From: Eledone cirrhosa
Lineage: Eukaryota
Length of the DNA: 64,000 nt
Reading direction: 5' to 3'
Assembly (NCBI GenBank): GCA_964016885.1
Contig: OZ024740.1
Location: forward strand, 265,546,001-265,610,000
Shown: positions 1 to 15,060 of the stretch, piece by piece
How the letters are laid out: every line of letters begins with the position of its first letter
Numbering within the stretch: position 1 is the first letter of the stretch
The notes under the pieces: generated by a model
Told to the model about the DNA's origin: nothing
Seen by the model: only the letters and a program-made list of their open reading frames with translations
Database searches by the model: none
Translations under genes and position numbers: made by a program

Positions 1-1035
1 TATTGTCTGCTGTTTCTATCCACCTAGCCAACACTTATCTTCTGATGTGTCTATCCATTCAGCCAACACTTATCGTCTGCTGTTTCTATCCACCTAGCCA
101 ACACTTATTGTCTTCTGATTCTATCCACCTAGCCAACACTTATCGCCTGCTGTCTCTATCCACCTAACCAACACTTATCGCCTGCTGTTTCTATCCACCT
201 AACCAACACTTATCGTCTGCTGTTTCTATCCACCTAGCCAACACTTATCGTCTGCTGTTTCTATCCGCCTTGCCAACACTTATCGTCTGCTGTTTCTATC
301 CACCTAGCCAACACTTACCGTCTGCTGTTTCTATCCACCTAGCCAACACTTATCTTCTGATGTGTCTATCCATTCAGCCAACACTTATCGTCTGCTGTTT
401 CTATCCACCTAGCCAACACTTATCGTCTGCTGTTTCTATCCACCTAGCCAACACTTATAGTCTGCTGTTTCTATCCACGTGGCCAACACTTATCGTCTGC
501 TGTTTCTATCCAATTAGCCAACACTTATCGTCTGCTGTTTCTATCCACCTAGCCAACACTTATCGTCTGCTGTTTCTATCCACCTAGCCAACACTTATCG
601 TCTGCTGTTACTATCCAACTAGCCAACACTTATCGTTTGCTGTTTCTATCCACTCAGCCAACACTTATCGTCTGCTGTTTCTATCCACCTAGCCAACACT
701 TATTGTCTGCTGTTTCTATCCACCTAGCCAACACTTATCTTCTGATGTGTCTATCCATTCAGCCAACACTTAACGTCTGCTGTTTCTATCCACCTAGCCA
801 ACACTTATTGTCTTCTGATTCTATCCACCTAGCCAACACTTATCGCCTGCTGTCTCTATCCACCTAACCAACACTTATCGCCTGCTGTTTCTATCCACCC
901 AACCAACACTTATCGTCTGCTGTTTCTATCCACCTAGCCAACACTTATCGTCTGCTGTTTCTATCCGCCTTGCCAACACTTATCGTCTGCTGTTTCTATC
1001 CACCTAGCCAACACTTACCGTCTGCTGTTTCTATC
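1..1035 (+). repeat. Higher-order repeat with 700-bp (20-monomer) offset at the window start
   Basis: TATTGTCTGC at 1 and 701; TCTGATGTGT at 41 and 741; TCTTCTGATT at 111 and 811; CCGCCTTGCC at 265 and 965. Confidence 0.85.
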
Positions 1036-4000
1036 CACTCAGCCAACACTTATCGTCTGCGGTTTCTATCCACCTAGCCAACACTTATCGTCTGCTGTTT
1101 CTATCCACCTAGCCAACACTTATCGTCTGCTGTTTCTATCCGCCTTGCCAACACTTATCGTCTGCTGTTTCTATCCACCTAGCCAACACTTATCGTCTGC
1201 TGTTTTTATCCATTCAGCCAAAACTTATCGTCTGCTGTTTCTATCCACCTAGCCGACACTTATCGTCTGCTGTTTCTATCCACCTAGCCAACACTTATCG
1301 TCTGCTGTTTCTCTCTACCTAGCCAACACTTATCGTCTGCTGTTTCTATCCACCTAGACAACACTTATCGTCTGCGGTTTCTATCCACCTAGCCAACACT
1401 TATCGTCTGCTGTTTCTATCCACCTAGCCAACACATATCGTCTGCTGTTTCTATCTGACTTGCCAACACTTATCGTCTGCTATTTCTATCCACCTTGCCA
1501 ACACTTATCGTCTGCTGTTTCTATCCGCCTTGCCAACACTTATCGTCTGCTGTTTCTATCCACCTAGCCAACACTTATCGTCTGCTGTTACTAGCCACCT
1601 AGCCAACACTTATCGTCTATTGTTTCTATCCACCTAGCCAACACTTATCGTCTGCTGTTTCTATCCACCTAGCCAACACTTATCGTGTGCTGTTTCTATC
1701 CACTCAGCCAACACTTATCGTCTGCTGTTTCTATCCACCTAGCCAACACTTATCGTCTGCTGTTTCTATCCACCTAGCCAACACTTATCGTCGGCTGTTT
1801 CTATCCACCTAGCCAACACTTATCGTCTACTGTTTCTATCCGCCGAGCCAACACTTATCGTCTGCTGTTTCTATCCAACTTGCCAACACTTATCGTCTGC
1901 TGTTTCTATCCACCTAGCCAACACTTATCGTCTGCTGTTTTTATCCACCTAGCCAACACTTATCGTCTGCTGTTTCTATCCACCTAGCCAACACTTATCG
2001 CCTGCTGCTTCTATCCACCTAGCCAACACTTATCGTCTGCTGCTTCTATCCACCTAGCCAACACTTATCAACTGCTGTTTCTATCCACCTAGCCAAAACT
2101 TATCGTCTGCTTTTTCTATCCACCTAGCCGACACTTATCGTCTGATGTTTCTATCCACCTAGCCAACACTTATCGTCTGCTGTTTCTCTCTACCTAGCCA
2201 ACACTTATCGTCTGCTGTTTCTATCCACCTAGACAACACTTATCGTCTGCGGTTTCTATCCACCTAGCCAACACTTATCGTCTGCTGTTTCTATCCACCT
2301 AGCCAACACATATCGTCTGCTGTTTCTATCTGACTTGCCAACACTTATCGTCTGCTATTTATATCCACCTTGCCAACACTTATCGTCTGCTGTTTCTATC
2401 CGCCTTGCCAACACTTATCGTCTGCTGTTTCTATCCACCTAGCCAACACTTATCGTCTGCTGTTACTAGCCACCTAGCCAACACTTATCGTCTATTGTTT
2501 CTATCCACCTAGCCAACACTTATCGTCTGCTGTTTCTATCCACCTAGCCAACACTTATCGTCTGCTGTTTCTATCCACCTAGCCAACACTTATCGTCTGC
2601 TGTTTCTATCCACTCAGCCAACACTTATCGTCTGCTGTTTCTATCCATTCAGCCAACACTTATAGTCTGCTGTTTCTATCCACCTAGCCAACACTTATCG
2701 TCTGCTGTTTCTATCCACCTAGCCAACACTTATCGCCTGCTGCTTCTATCCACCTAGCCAACACTTATCGTCTGCTGTTTCTATCCACTCAGACAACACT
2801 TATCGTCTGCTGCTTCTATCCACCTAGCCAACACTTATCAACTGCTGTTTCTATCCACCTAGCCAAAACTTATCGTCTGCTTTTTCTATCCACCTAGCCG
2901 ACACTTATCGTCTGCTGTTTCTATCCACGTAGCCAACACTTATCGTCTGCTGTTTCTCTCTACCTAGCCAACACTTATCGTCTGCTGTTTCTATCCACCT
3001 AGACAACACTTATCATCTGCGGTTTCTATCCACCTAGCCAACACTTATCGTCTGCTGTTTCTATCCACCTAGCCAACACATATCGTCTGCTGTTTCTATC
3101 TGACTTGCCAACACTTATCGTCTGCTATTTCTATCCACCTTGCCAACACTTATCGTCTGCTGTTTCTATCCGCCTTGCCAACACTTATCGTCTGCTGTTT
3201 CTATCCACCTAGCCAACACGTATCGTCTGCTGTTACTAGCCACCTAGCCAACACTTATCGTCTATTGTTTCTATCCACCTAGCCAACACTTATCGTCTGC
3301 TGTTTCTATCCACCTAGCCAACACTTATCGTGTGCTGTTTCTATCCACTCAGCCAACACTTATCGTCTGCTGTTTCTATCCACCTAGCCAAGACTTATCG
3401 TCTGCTGTTTCTATCCACCTAGCCAACACTTATCGTCTGCTGTTTCTATCCACCTAGCCAACACTTATCGTCTGCTGTTTCTATCCACTCAGCCAACACT
3501 TATCGTCTGCTGTTTCTATCCATTCAGCCAACACTTATCGTCTGCTGTTTCTATCCACCTAGCCAACACTTATCGTCTGCTGTTTCTATCCACCTAGCCA
3601 ACACTTATCGTCTGCTGTTTCTATCCACGTGGCCAACACTTATCGTCTGCTGTTTCTATCCAATTAGCCAACACTTATCGTCTGCTGTTTCTATCCACCT
3701 AGCCAACACTTATCGTCTGCTGTTTCTATCCACCTTGCCAACACTTATCGTCTGCTGTTACTATCCAACTAGCCAACACTTATCGTCTGCTGTTTCTATC
3801 CACTCAGCCAACACTTATCGTCTGCTGTTTCTATCCACCTAGCCAACACTTATCGTCTGCTGTTTCTATCCACCTAGCCAACACTTATCTTCTGATGTGT
3901 CTATCCATTCAGCCAACACTTATCGTCTGCTGTTTCTATCCACCTAGCCAACACTTATTGTCTTCTGATTCTATCCACCTAGCCAACACTTATCGCCTGC

Positions 4001-4890
4001 TGTCTCTATCCACCTAACCAACACTTATCGCCTGCTGTTTCTATCCACCTAACCAACACTTATCGTCTGCTTTTTCTATCCACCTAGCCAACACTTATCG
4101 TCTGCTGTTTCTATCCGCCTTGCCAACACTTATCGTCTGCTGTTTCTATCCACCTAGCCAACACTTACCGTCTGCTGTTTCTATCCACTCAGCCAACACT
4201 TATCGTCTGCGGTTTCTATCCACCTAGCCAACACTTATCGTCTGCTGTTTCTATCCACCTAGCCAACACTTATCGTCTGTTGTTTCTATCCGCCTTGCCA
4301 ACACTTATCGTCTGCTGTTTCTATCCACCTAGCCAACACTTATCGTCTGCTGTTTTTATCCATTCAGCCAAAACTTATCGTCTGCTGTTTCTATCCACCT
4401 AGCCGACACTTATCGTCTGCTGTTTCTATCCACCTAGCCAACACTTATCGTCTGCTGTTTCTCTCTACCTAGCCAACACTTATCGTCTGCTGTTTCTATC
4501 CACCTAGACAACACTTATCGTCTGCGGTTTCTATCCACCTAGCCAACACTTATCGTCTGCTGTTTCTATCCACCTAGCCAACACATATCGTCTGCTGTTT
4601 CTATCTGACTTGCCAACACTTATCGTCTGCTATTTCTATCCACCTTGCCAACACTTATCGTCTGCTGTTTCTATCCGCCTTGCCAACACTTATCGTCTGC
4701 TGTTTCTATCCACCTAGCCAACACTTATCGTCTGCTGTTACTAGCCACCTAGCCAACACTTATCGTCTATTGTTTCTATCCACCTAGCCAACACTTATCG
4801 TCTGCTGTTTCTATCCACCTAGCCAACACTTATCGTGTGCTGTTTCTATCCACTCAGCCAACACTTATCGTCTGCTGTTTCTATCCACCT
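470..4890 (+). repeat. Block duplication with 3150-bp (90-monomer) offset: about 470-1740 matches about 3620-4890
   Basis: CCACGTGGCC variant (GGCC at 481 and 3631), TGACTTG at 1456 and 4606, CTAGCCACCT at 1591 and 4741; the same order of variants lies between them. Confidence 0.85.
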
Positions 4891-6299
4891 AGCCAAGACT
4901 TATCGTCTGCTGTTTCTATCCACCTAGCCAACACTTATCGTCTGCTGTTTCTATCCACCTAGCCAACACTTATCGTCTGCTGTTTCTATCCATTCAGCCA
5001 ACACTTATCGTCTGCTGTTTCTATCCACCTAGCCAACACTTATCGTCTGCTGTTTCTATCCACCTAGCCAACACTTATCGCCTGCTGCTTCTATCCACCT
5101 AGCCAACAGTTATCGTCTGCTGTTTCTATCCACTCAGACAAAACTTATCGTCTGCTGCTTCTATCCACCTAGCCAACACTTATCAACTGCAGTTTCTATC
5201 CACCTAGCCAAAACTTATCGTCTGCTGTTTCTATCCACCTAGCCAACACTTATCGTCTGCTGTTTCTCTCTACCTAGCCAACACTTATCGTCTGCTGTTT
5301 CTATCCACCTAGACAACACTTATCGTCTGCGGTTTCTATCCACCTAGCCAACACTTATCGTCTGCTGTTTCTATCCACCTAGCCAACACATATCGTCTGC
5401 TGTTTCTATCTGACTTGCCAACACTTATCGTCTGCTATTTCTATCCACCTTGCCAACACTTATCGTCTGCTGTTTCTATCCTCCTTGCCAACACTTATCG
5501 TCTGCTGTTTCTATCCACCTAGCCAACACTTATCGTCTGCTGTTACTAGCCACCTAGCCAACACTTATCGTCTATTGTTTCTATCCACCTAGCCAACACT
5601 TATCGTCTGCTGTTTCTATCCCCCTAGCCAACACTTATCGTGTGCTGTTTCTATCCACTCAGCCAACACTTATCGTCTGCTGTTTCTATCCACCTAGCCA
5701 AGACTTATCGTCTGCTGTTTCTATCCACCTAGCCAACACTTATCGTCTGCTGTTTCTATCCACCTAGCCAACACTTATCGTCTGCTGTTTCTATCCACTC
5801 AGCCAACACTTATCGTCTGCTGTTTCTATCCACCTAGCCAACACTTACCGTCTGCTGTTTCTATCCATTCAGCCAACACTTATCGTCTGCTCTTTCTATC
5901 CACCTAGCCAACACTTATCGTCTGCTGTTTCTATCCACCTAGCCAACACTTATCTTCTGATGTGTCTATCCATTCAGCCAACACTTATCGTCTGCTGTTT
6001 CTATCCACCTAGCCAACACTTATCGTCTGCTGTTTCTATCCACCTAGCCAACACTTATCGTCTGCTGTTTCTATCCACGTGGCCAACACTTATCGTCTGC
6101 TGTTTCTATCCAATTAGCCAACACTTATCGTCTGCTGTTTCTATCCACCTAGCCAACACTTATCGTCTGCTGTTTCTATCCACCTAGCCAACACTTATCG
6201 TCTGCTGTTACTATCCAACTAGCCAACACTTATCGTCTGCTGTTTCTATCCACTCAGCCAACACTTATCTTCTGATGTGTCTATCCATTCAGCCAACAC

Positions 6300-9200
6300 T
6301 TATCGTCTGCTGTTTCTATCCACCTAGCCAACACTTATTGTCTTCTGATTCTATCCACCTAGCCAACACTTATCGCCTGCTGTCTCTATCCACCTAACCA
6401 ACACTTATCGCCTGCTGTTTCTATCCACCTAACCAACACTTATCGTCTGCTGTTTCTATCCGCCTTGCCAACACTTATCGTCTGCTGTTTCTATCCACCT
6501 AGCCAACACTTACCGTCTGCTGTTTCTATCCACTCAGCCAACACTTATCGTCTGCGGTTTCTATCCACCTAGCCAACACTTATCGTCTGCTGTTTCTATC
6601 CACCTAGCCAACACTTATCGTCTGCTGTTTCTATCCGCCTTGCCAACACTTATCGTCTGCTGTTTCTATCCACCTAGCCAACACTTATCGTCTGCTGTTT
6701 TTATCCATTCAGCCAAAACTTATCGTCTGCTGTTTCTATCCACCTAGCCAACACTTATCGTGTGCTGTTTCTATCCACTCAGCCAACACTTATCGTCTGC
6801 TGTTTCTATCCACCTAGCCAAGACTTATCGTCTGCTGTTTCTATCCACCTAGCCAACACTTATCGTCTGCTGTTTCTATCCACCTAGCCAACACTTATCG
6901 TCTGCTGTTTCTATCCACTCAGCCAACACTTATCGTCTGCTGTTTCTATCCATTCAGCCAACACTTATCGTCTGCTGTTTCTATCCACCTAGCCAACACT
7001 TACCGTCTGCTGTTTCTATCCATTCAGCCAACACTTATCGTCTGCTGTTTCTATCCACCTAGCCAACACTTATCGTCTGCTGTTTCTATCCACCTAGCCA
7101 ACACTTATCTTCTGATGTGTCTATCCATTCAGCCAACACTTATCGTCTGCTGTTTCTATCCAATTAGCCAACACTTATCGTCTGCTGTTTCTATCCACCT
7201 AGCCAACACTTATCGTCTGCTGTTTCTATCCACCTAGCCAACACTTATCGTCTGCTGTTTCTATCCACCTAGCTAACACTTATCGTCTGCTGTTTCAATC
7301 CACCTAGCCAACACTTATCGTCTGCTGTTTCTTTCCACTCAGACAACACTTATCGTCTGCTGTTTCAATCCACCTAGCCAACACTTATCGTCTGCTGTTT
7401 CTTTCCACTCAGACAACACTTATCGTCTGCTGTTTCTATCCACCTAGCCAACACTTATCGTCTGCTGTTTCTATCCACCTAGCCAACACTTATCGTCTGC
7501 TGTTTCTATCCGCCGAGCCAACACTTATCGTCTGCTGTTTCTATCCAACTTGCCAACACTTATCGTCTGCTGTTTCTATCCACCTAGCCAACACTTATCG
7601 TCTGCTGTTTCTATCCACCTAGCCAACTCTTATCATCTGCTGTATCTATCCACATAGCCAACACTTATCGTCTGCTGTTTCTATCCACGTAGCCAACACT
7701 TATCGTCTGATGTTTCTATCCACCTAGCCAACACTTATCGTGTGCTGTTTCTATCCACCTAGCCAACACTTATCGTCTGCTGTTTCTATCCACCTAGCCA
7801 ACACTTATCGTCTGCTGTTTCTATCCACCTAGCCAACACTTATCGTCTGCTGTTTCTATCCGCCGAGCCAACACTTATCGTCTGCTGTTTCTATCCACCT
7901 AGCTAACACTTATCGTCTGCTGTTTCAATCCACCTAGCCAACACTTATCGTCTGCTGTTTCTCTCCACCTAGCCAACACTTATCGTCTGTTGTTTCTATC
8001 CACCTAGACAACACTTATCGTCTGATGTTTCTATCCACCTAGCCAACACATATCGTCTGCTGTTTCTATCTGACTTGCCAACACTTATCGTCTGCTGTTT
8101 CTATCCACCTAGCCAACACTTATCGTCTGCTGTTTCTATCCGCCTTGCCAACACTTATCGTCTGCTGTTTCTATCCACCTAGCCAACACTTATCGTCTGC
8201 TGTTTCTATCCACTCAGCCAACACTTATCGTCTGCTGTTTCTATCCACCTAGCCAACACTTATCGTCTGCTGTTTCTATCCACCTAGCCAACACTTATCG
8301 TCTGCTGTTTCTATCCACCTAGCCAACACTTATCGTCTGCTGTTTCTATCCTCCTTGCCAACACTTATCGTCTGCTGTTTCTATCCGCCTTGCCAACACT
8401 TATCGTCTGCTGTTTCTATCCACCTAGCCAACACTTATCGTCTGCTGTTTCTATCCACCTAGCCAACACTTATCGTCTGCTGTTTCTATCCACCTAGCCA
8501 ACACTTATTGTCTGCTGTTTCTATCCACTCAGCCAACACTTATCGTCTGCTGTTTCTATCCACCTAGCCAACACTTATCGTCTGCTGTTTCTATCCACCT
8601 AGCCAACACTTATCTTCTGATGTTTCTATCCACCTAGCCAACAGTTATCTTCTGATGTTTCTATCCATTCAGCCAACATTTATCGTCTGCTGTTTCTATC
8701 CACCTAGCCAACACTTATCGTCTGCTGTTTCTATCCACCTAGCCAACACTTATCGTCTGATGATTCTATCCACCTAGCCAACACTTATCGTCTGCTGTTT
8801 CTCTCCACCTAGCCAACACTTATCGTCTGCTGTTTCTATCCACCTAGACAACACTTATCGTCTGATGTTTCTATCCAGCTAGCCAACACATATCGTCTGC
8901 TGTTTCTATCTGACTTGCCAACACTTATCGTCTGCTGTTTCTATCCACCTAGCCAACACTTATCGTCTGCTGTTTCTATCCGCCTTGCCAACACTTATCG
9001 TCTGCTGTTTCTATCCACCTAGCCAACACTTATCGTCTGCTGTTTCTATCCACTCAGCCAACACTTATCGTCTGCTGTTTCTATCCACCTAGCCAACACT
9101 TATCGTCTGCTGTTTCTATCCACCTAGCCAACACTTATCGTCTGCTGTTTCTATCCACCTAGCCAACACTTATCGTCTGCTGTTTCTATCCTCCTTGCCA

Positions 9201-12200
9201 ACACTTATCGTCTGCTGTTTCTATCCGCCTTGCCAACACTTATCGTCTGCTGTTTCTATCCACCTAGCCAACACTTATCGTCTGCTGTTTCTATCCACCT
9301 AGCCAACACTTATCGTCTGCTGTTTCTATCCACCTAGCCAACACTTATTGTCTGCTGTTTCTATCCACTCAGCCAACACTTATCGTCTGCTGTTTCTATC
9401 CACCTAGCCAACACTTATCGTCTGCTGTTTCTATCCACCTAGCCAACACTTATCTTCTGATGTTTCGATCCACCTAGCCAACAGTTATCTTCTGATGTTT
9501 CTATCCATTCAGCCAACATTTATCGTCTGCTGTTTCTATCCACCTAGCCAACACTTATCGTCTGCTGTTTCTATCCACCTAGCCAACACTTATAGTCTGC
9601 TGATTCTATCCACCTAGCCAACACTTATCGTCTGCTGTTTCTATCCGCCATGCCAACACTTATCGTCTGCTGTTTCTATCCACTCAGCCAACACTTATCG
9701 TCTGCTGTTTCTATCCACCTAGCCAACACTTATCGGCTGCTGTTTCTATCCACGTAGCCAACACTTATCGTCTGCTGTTTCTATCCACCTAGGCAACTCT
9801 TATCGTCTGCTGTTTCTCTCCATTCAGCCAACACTTATCGTCTGCTGTTTCTATCCACCTAGCCAACACTTATAGTCTGCTGTTTCTATCCACCTAGCCA
9901 ACACTTAACGTCTGCTGTTTCTATCCACCTAGCCAACACTTATCGTCTGCTGTTTCTATCCACCTAGCCAACACTTATCGTCTGCTGTTTCTATCCACCT
10001 AGCCAACACTAATCGTCTGCTGTTTCTATCCACCTAGCCAACACCTATCGTCTGCTGTTTCTATCCACCTAGCCAACACTTATCGTCTGCTGTTTCTATC
10101 CACCTAGCCAACACTTATCGTCTGCTGTTTCTATCCACCTAGCTAACACTTATCGTCTGCTGTTTCAATCCACCTAGCCAACACTTATCGTCTGCTGTTT
10201 CTATCCACCTAGCCAACACTTATTGTCTTCTGATTCTATCCACCTAGCCAACACTTATCGCCTGCTGTCTCTATCCACCTAACCAACACTTATCGCCTGC
10301 TGTTTCTATCCACCTAACCAACACTTATCGTCTGCTGTTTCTATCCGCCTTGCCAACACTTATCGTCTGCTGTTTCTATCCACCTAGCCAACACTTACCG
10401 TCTGCTGTTTCTATCCACTCAGCCAACACTTATCGTCTGCGGTTTCTATCCACCTAGCCAACACTTATCGTCTGCTGTTTCTATCCACCTAGCCAACACT
10501 TATCGTCTGCTGTTTCTATCCGCCTTGCCAACACTTATCGTCTGCTGTTTCTATCCACCTAGCCAACACTTATCGTCTGCTGTTTTTATCCATTCAGCCA
10601 AAACTTATCGTCTGCTGTTTCTATCCACCTAGCCAACACTTATCGTGTGCTGTTTCTATCCACTCAGCCAACACTTATCGTCTGCTGTTTCTATCCACCT
10701 AGCCAAGACTTATCGTCTGCTGTTTCTATCCACCTAGCCAACACTTATCGTCTGCTGTTTCTATCCACCTAGCCAACACTTATCGTCTGCTGTTTCTATC
10801 CACTCAGCCAACACTTATCGTCTGCTGTTTCTATCCATTCAGCCAACACTTATCGTCTGCTGTTTCTATCCACCTAGCCAACACTTACCGTCTGCTGTTT
10901 CTATCCATTCAGCCAACACTTATCGTCTGCTGTTTCTATCCACCTAGCCAACACTTATCGTCTGCTGTTTCTATCCACCTAGCCAACACTTATCTTCTGA
11001 TGTGTCTATCCATTCAGCCAACACTTATCGTCTGCTGTTTCTATCCACCTAGCCAACACTTATCGTCTGCTGTTTCTATCCACCTAGCTAACACTTATCG
11101 TCTGCTGTTTCAATCCACCTAGCCAACACTTATCGTCTGCTGTTTCTTTCCACTCAGACAACACTTATCGTCTGCTGTTTCAATCCACCTAGCCAACACT
11201 TATCGTCTGCTGTTTCTTTCCACTCAGACAACACTTATCGTCTGCTGTTTCTATCCACCTAGCCAACACTTATCGTCTGCTGTTTCTATCCACCTAGCCA
11301 ACACTTATCGTCTGCTGTTTCTATCCGCCGAGCCAACACTTATCGTCTGCTGTTTCTATCCAACTTGCCAACACTTATCGTCTGCTGTTTCTATCCACCT
11401 AGCCAACACTTATCGTCTGCTGTTTCTATCCACCTAGCCAACTCTTATCATCTGCTGTATCTATCCACATAGCCAACACTTATCGTCTGCTGTTTCTATC
11501 CACGTAGCCAACACTTATCGTCTGATGTTTCTATCCACCTAGCCAACACTTATCGTGTGCTGTTTCTATCCACCTAGCCAACACTTATCGTCTGCTGTTT
11601 CTATCCACCTAGCCAACACTTATCGTCTGCTGTTTCTATCCACCTAGCCAACACTTATCGTCTGCTGTTTCTATCCGCCGAGCCAACACTTATCGTCTGC
11701 TGTTTCTATCCACCTAGCTAACACTTATCGTCTGCTGTTTCAATCCACCTAGCCAACACTTATCGTCTGCTGTTTCTCTCCACCTAGCCAACACTTATCG
11801 TCTGTTGTTTCTATCCACCTAGACAACACTTATCGTCTGATGTTTCTATCCACCTAGCCAACACATATCGTCTGCTGTTTCTATCTGACTTGCCAACACT
11901 TATCGTCTGCTGTTTCTATCCACCTAGCCAACACTTATCGTCTGCTGTTTCTATCCGCCTTGCCAACACTTATCGTCTGCTGTTTCTATCCACCTAGCCA
12001 ACACTTATCGTCTGCTGTTTCTATCCACTCAGCCAACACTTATCGTCTGCTGTTTCTATCCACCTAGCCAACACTTATCGTCTGCTGTTTCTATCCACCT
12101 AGCCAACACTTATCGTCTGCTGTTTCTATCCACCTAGCCAACACTTATCGTCTGCTGTTTCTATCCTCCTTGCCAACACTTATCGTCTGCTGTTTCTATC

Positions 12201-14040
12201 CGCCTTGCCAACACTTATCGTCTGCTGTTTCTATCCACCTAGCCAACACTTATCGTCTGCTGTTTCTATCCAGCTAGCCAACACTTATCGTCTGCTGTTT
12301 CTATCCACCTAGCCAACACTTATTGTCTGCTGTTTCTATCCACTCAGCCAACACTTATCGTCTGCTGTTTCTATCCACCTAGCCAACACTTATCGTCTGC
12401 TGTTTCTATCCACCTAGCCAACACTTATCTTCTGATGTTTCTATCCACCTAGCCAACAGTTATCTTCTGATGTTTCTATCCATTCAGCCAACATTTATCG
12501 TCTGCTGTTTCTATCCACCTAGCCAACACTTATCGTCTGCTGTTTCTATCCACCTAGCCAACACTTATCGTCTGATGATTCTATCCACCTAGCCAACACT
12601 TATCGTCTGCTGTTTCTCTCCACCTAGCCAACACTTATCGTCTGCTGTTTCTATCCACCTAGACAACACTTATCGTCTGATGTTTCTATCCACCTAGCCA
12701 ACACATATCGTCTGCTGTTTCTATCTGACTTGCCAACACTTATCGTCTGCTGTTTCTATCCACCTAGCCAACACTTATCGTCTGCTGTTTCTATCCGCCT
12801 TGCCAACACTTATCGTCTGCTGTTTCTATCCACCTAGCCAACACTTATCGTCTGCTGTTTCTATCCACTCAGCCAACACTTATCGTCTGCTGTTTCTATC
12901 CACCTAGCCAACACTTATCGTCTGCTGTTTCTATCCACCTAGCCAACACTTATCGTCTGCTGTTTCTATCCACCTAGCCAACACTTATCGTCTGCTGTTT
13001 CTATCCTCCTTGCCAACACTTATCGTCTGCTGTTTCTATCCGCCTTGCCAACACTTATCGTCTGCTGTTTCTATCCACCTAGCCAACACTTATCGTCTGC
13101 TGTTTCTATCCACCTAGCCAACACTTATCGTCTGCTGTTTCTATCCACCTAGCCAACACTTATTGTCTGCTGTTTCTATCCACTCAGCCAACACTTATCG
13201 TCTGCTGTTTCTATCCACCTAGCCAACACTTATCGTCTGCTGTTTCTATCCACCTAGCCAACACTTATCTTCTGATGTTTCGATCCACCTAGCCAACAGT
13301 TATCTTCTGATGTTTCTATCCATTCAGCCAACATTTATCGTCTGCTGTTTCTATCCACCTAGCCAACACTTATCGTCTGCTGTTTCTATCCACCTAGCCA
13401 ACACTTATCGTCTGATGATTCTATCCACCTAGCCAACACTTATAGTCTGCTGATTCTATCCACCTAGCCAACACTTATCGTCTGCTGTTTCTATCCGCCT
13501 TGCCAACACTTATCGTCTGCTGTTTCTATCCACTCAGCCAACACTTATCGTCTGCTGTTTCTATCCACCTAGCCAACACTTATCGGCTGCTGTTTCTATC
13601 CACGTAGCCAACACTTATCGTCTGCTGTTTCTATCCACCTAGCCAACTCTTATCGTCTGCTGTTTCTCTCCATTCAGCCAACACTTATCGTCTGCTGTTT
13701 CTATCCACCTAGCCAACACTTATAGTCTGCTGTTTCTATCCACCTAGCCAACACTTAACGTCTGCTGTTTCTATCCACCTAGCCAACACTTATCGTCTGC
13801 TGTTTCTATCCACCTAGCCAACACTTATCGTCTGCTGTTTCTATCCACCTAGCCAACACTAATCGTCTGCTGTTTCTATCCACCTAGCCAACACCTATCG
13901 TCTGCTGTTTCTATCCACCTAGCCAACACTTATCGTCTGCTGTTTCTATCCACCTAGCCAACACTTATCGTCTGCTGTTTCTATCCACCTAGCTAACACT
14001 TATCGTCTGCTGTTTCAATCCACCTAGCCAACACTTATCG
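6300..14040 (+). repeat. Tandem duplication of about 3.85 kb (109-111 monomers): about 6300-10200 and about 10190-14040
   Basis: TATTGTCTTCTGATT at 6336/10221 (offset 3885); AGCCAACTCTTATCATCTGCTGTATC at 7621/11436 (3815); CGATCC at 9466/13281 (3815); AATCGTC at 10011/13861 (3850). Offsets differ by whole monomers. Confidence 0.9.
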
Positions 14041-15060
14041 TCTGCTGTTTCTTTCCACTCAGACAACACTTATCGTCTGCTGCTTCTATCCACCTAGCCA
14101 AAACTTATCAACAGCTGTTTCTATCCACCTAGCCAACAATTATCGTCTGATTTTTCTATCCACCTAGCCGACACTTATCGTCTGCTGTTTCTATCCACCT
14201 AGCCAACACTTATCGTCTGCTGTTTCTCTCCACCTAGCCAACACTTATCGTCTGCTGTTTCTATCCACCTAGACAACACTTATCGTCTGATGTTTCTATC
14301 CACCTAGCCAACACATATCGTCTGCTGTTTCTATCTGACTTGCCAACACTTATCGTCTGCTGTTTCTATCCACCTAGCCAACACTTATCGTCTGCTGTTT
14401 CTATCCGCCTTGCCAACACTTATCGTCTGCTGTTTCTATCCACCTAGCCAACACTTATCGTCTGCTGTTTCTATCCACTCAGCCAACACTTATCGTCTGC
14501 TGTTTCTATCCACCTAGCCAACACTTATCGTCTGCTGTTTCTATCCACCTAGCCAACACTTATCGTCTGCTGTTTCTATCCACCTAGCCAACACTTATCG
14601 TCTGCTGTTTCTATCCTCCTTGCCAACACTTATCGTCTGCTGTTTCTATCCGCCTTGCCAACACTTATCGTCTGCTGTTTCTATCCACCTAGCCAACACT
14701 TATCGTCTGCTGTTTCTATCCACCTAGCCAACACTTATCGTCTGCTGTTTCTATCCACCTAGCCAACACTTATTGTCTGCTGTTTCTATCCACTCAGCCA
14801 ACACTTATCGTCTGCTGTTTCTATCCACCTAGCCAACACTTATCGTCTGCTGTTTCTATCCACCTAGCCAACACTTATCTTCTGATGTTTCTATCCACCT
14901 AGCCAACAGTTATCTTCTGATGTTTCTATCCATTCAGCCAACATTTATCGTCTGCTGTTTCTATCCACCTAGCCAACACTTATCGTCTGCTGTTTCTATC
15001 CACCTAGCCAACACTTATCGTCTGATGATTCTATCCACCTAGCCAACACTTATAGTCTGC
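7960..15060 (+). repeat. 840-bp (24-monomer) higher-order unit in five copies (about 7960, 8800, 11770, 12610, 14220)
   Basis: ACAGTTATCTTCTGATG marker at 8641, 9481, 12456, 13296 and 14906; TGACTTG at 8071, 8911, 11886, 12726 and 14336. Confidence 0.88.

Noticed and set aside
1-35. TATC twice per monomer (GATA-like; CGATA is BEAF-32-like) and a possible 16+19 bp internal sub-repeat
   Set aside because: Matches of 4-5 bp are expected by chance, the sites are not canonical WGATAR, the taxon is unknown and the two halves otherwise do not align.
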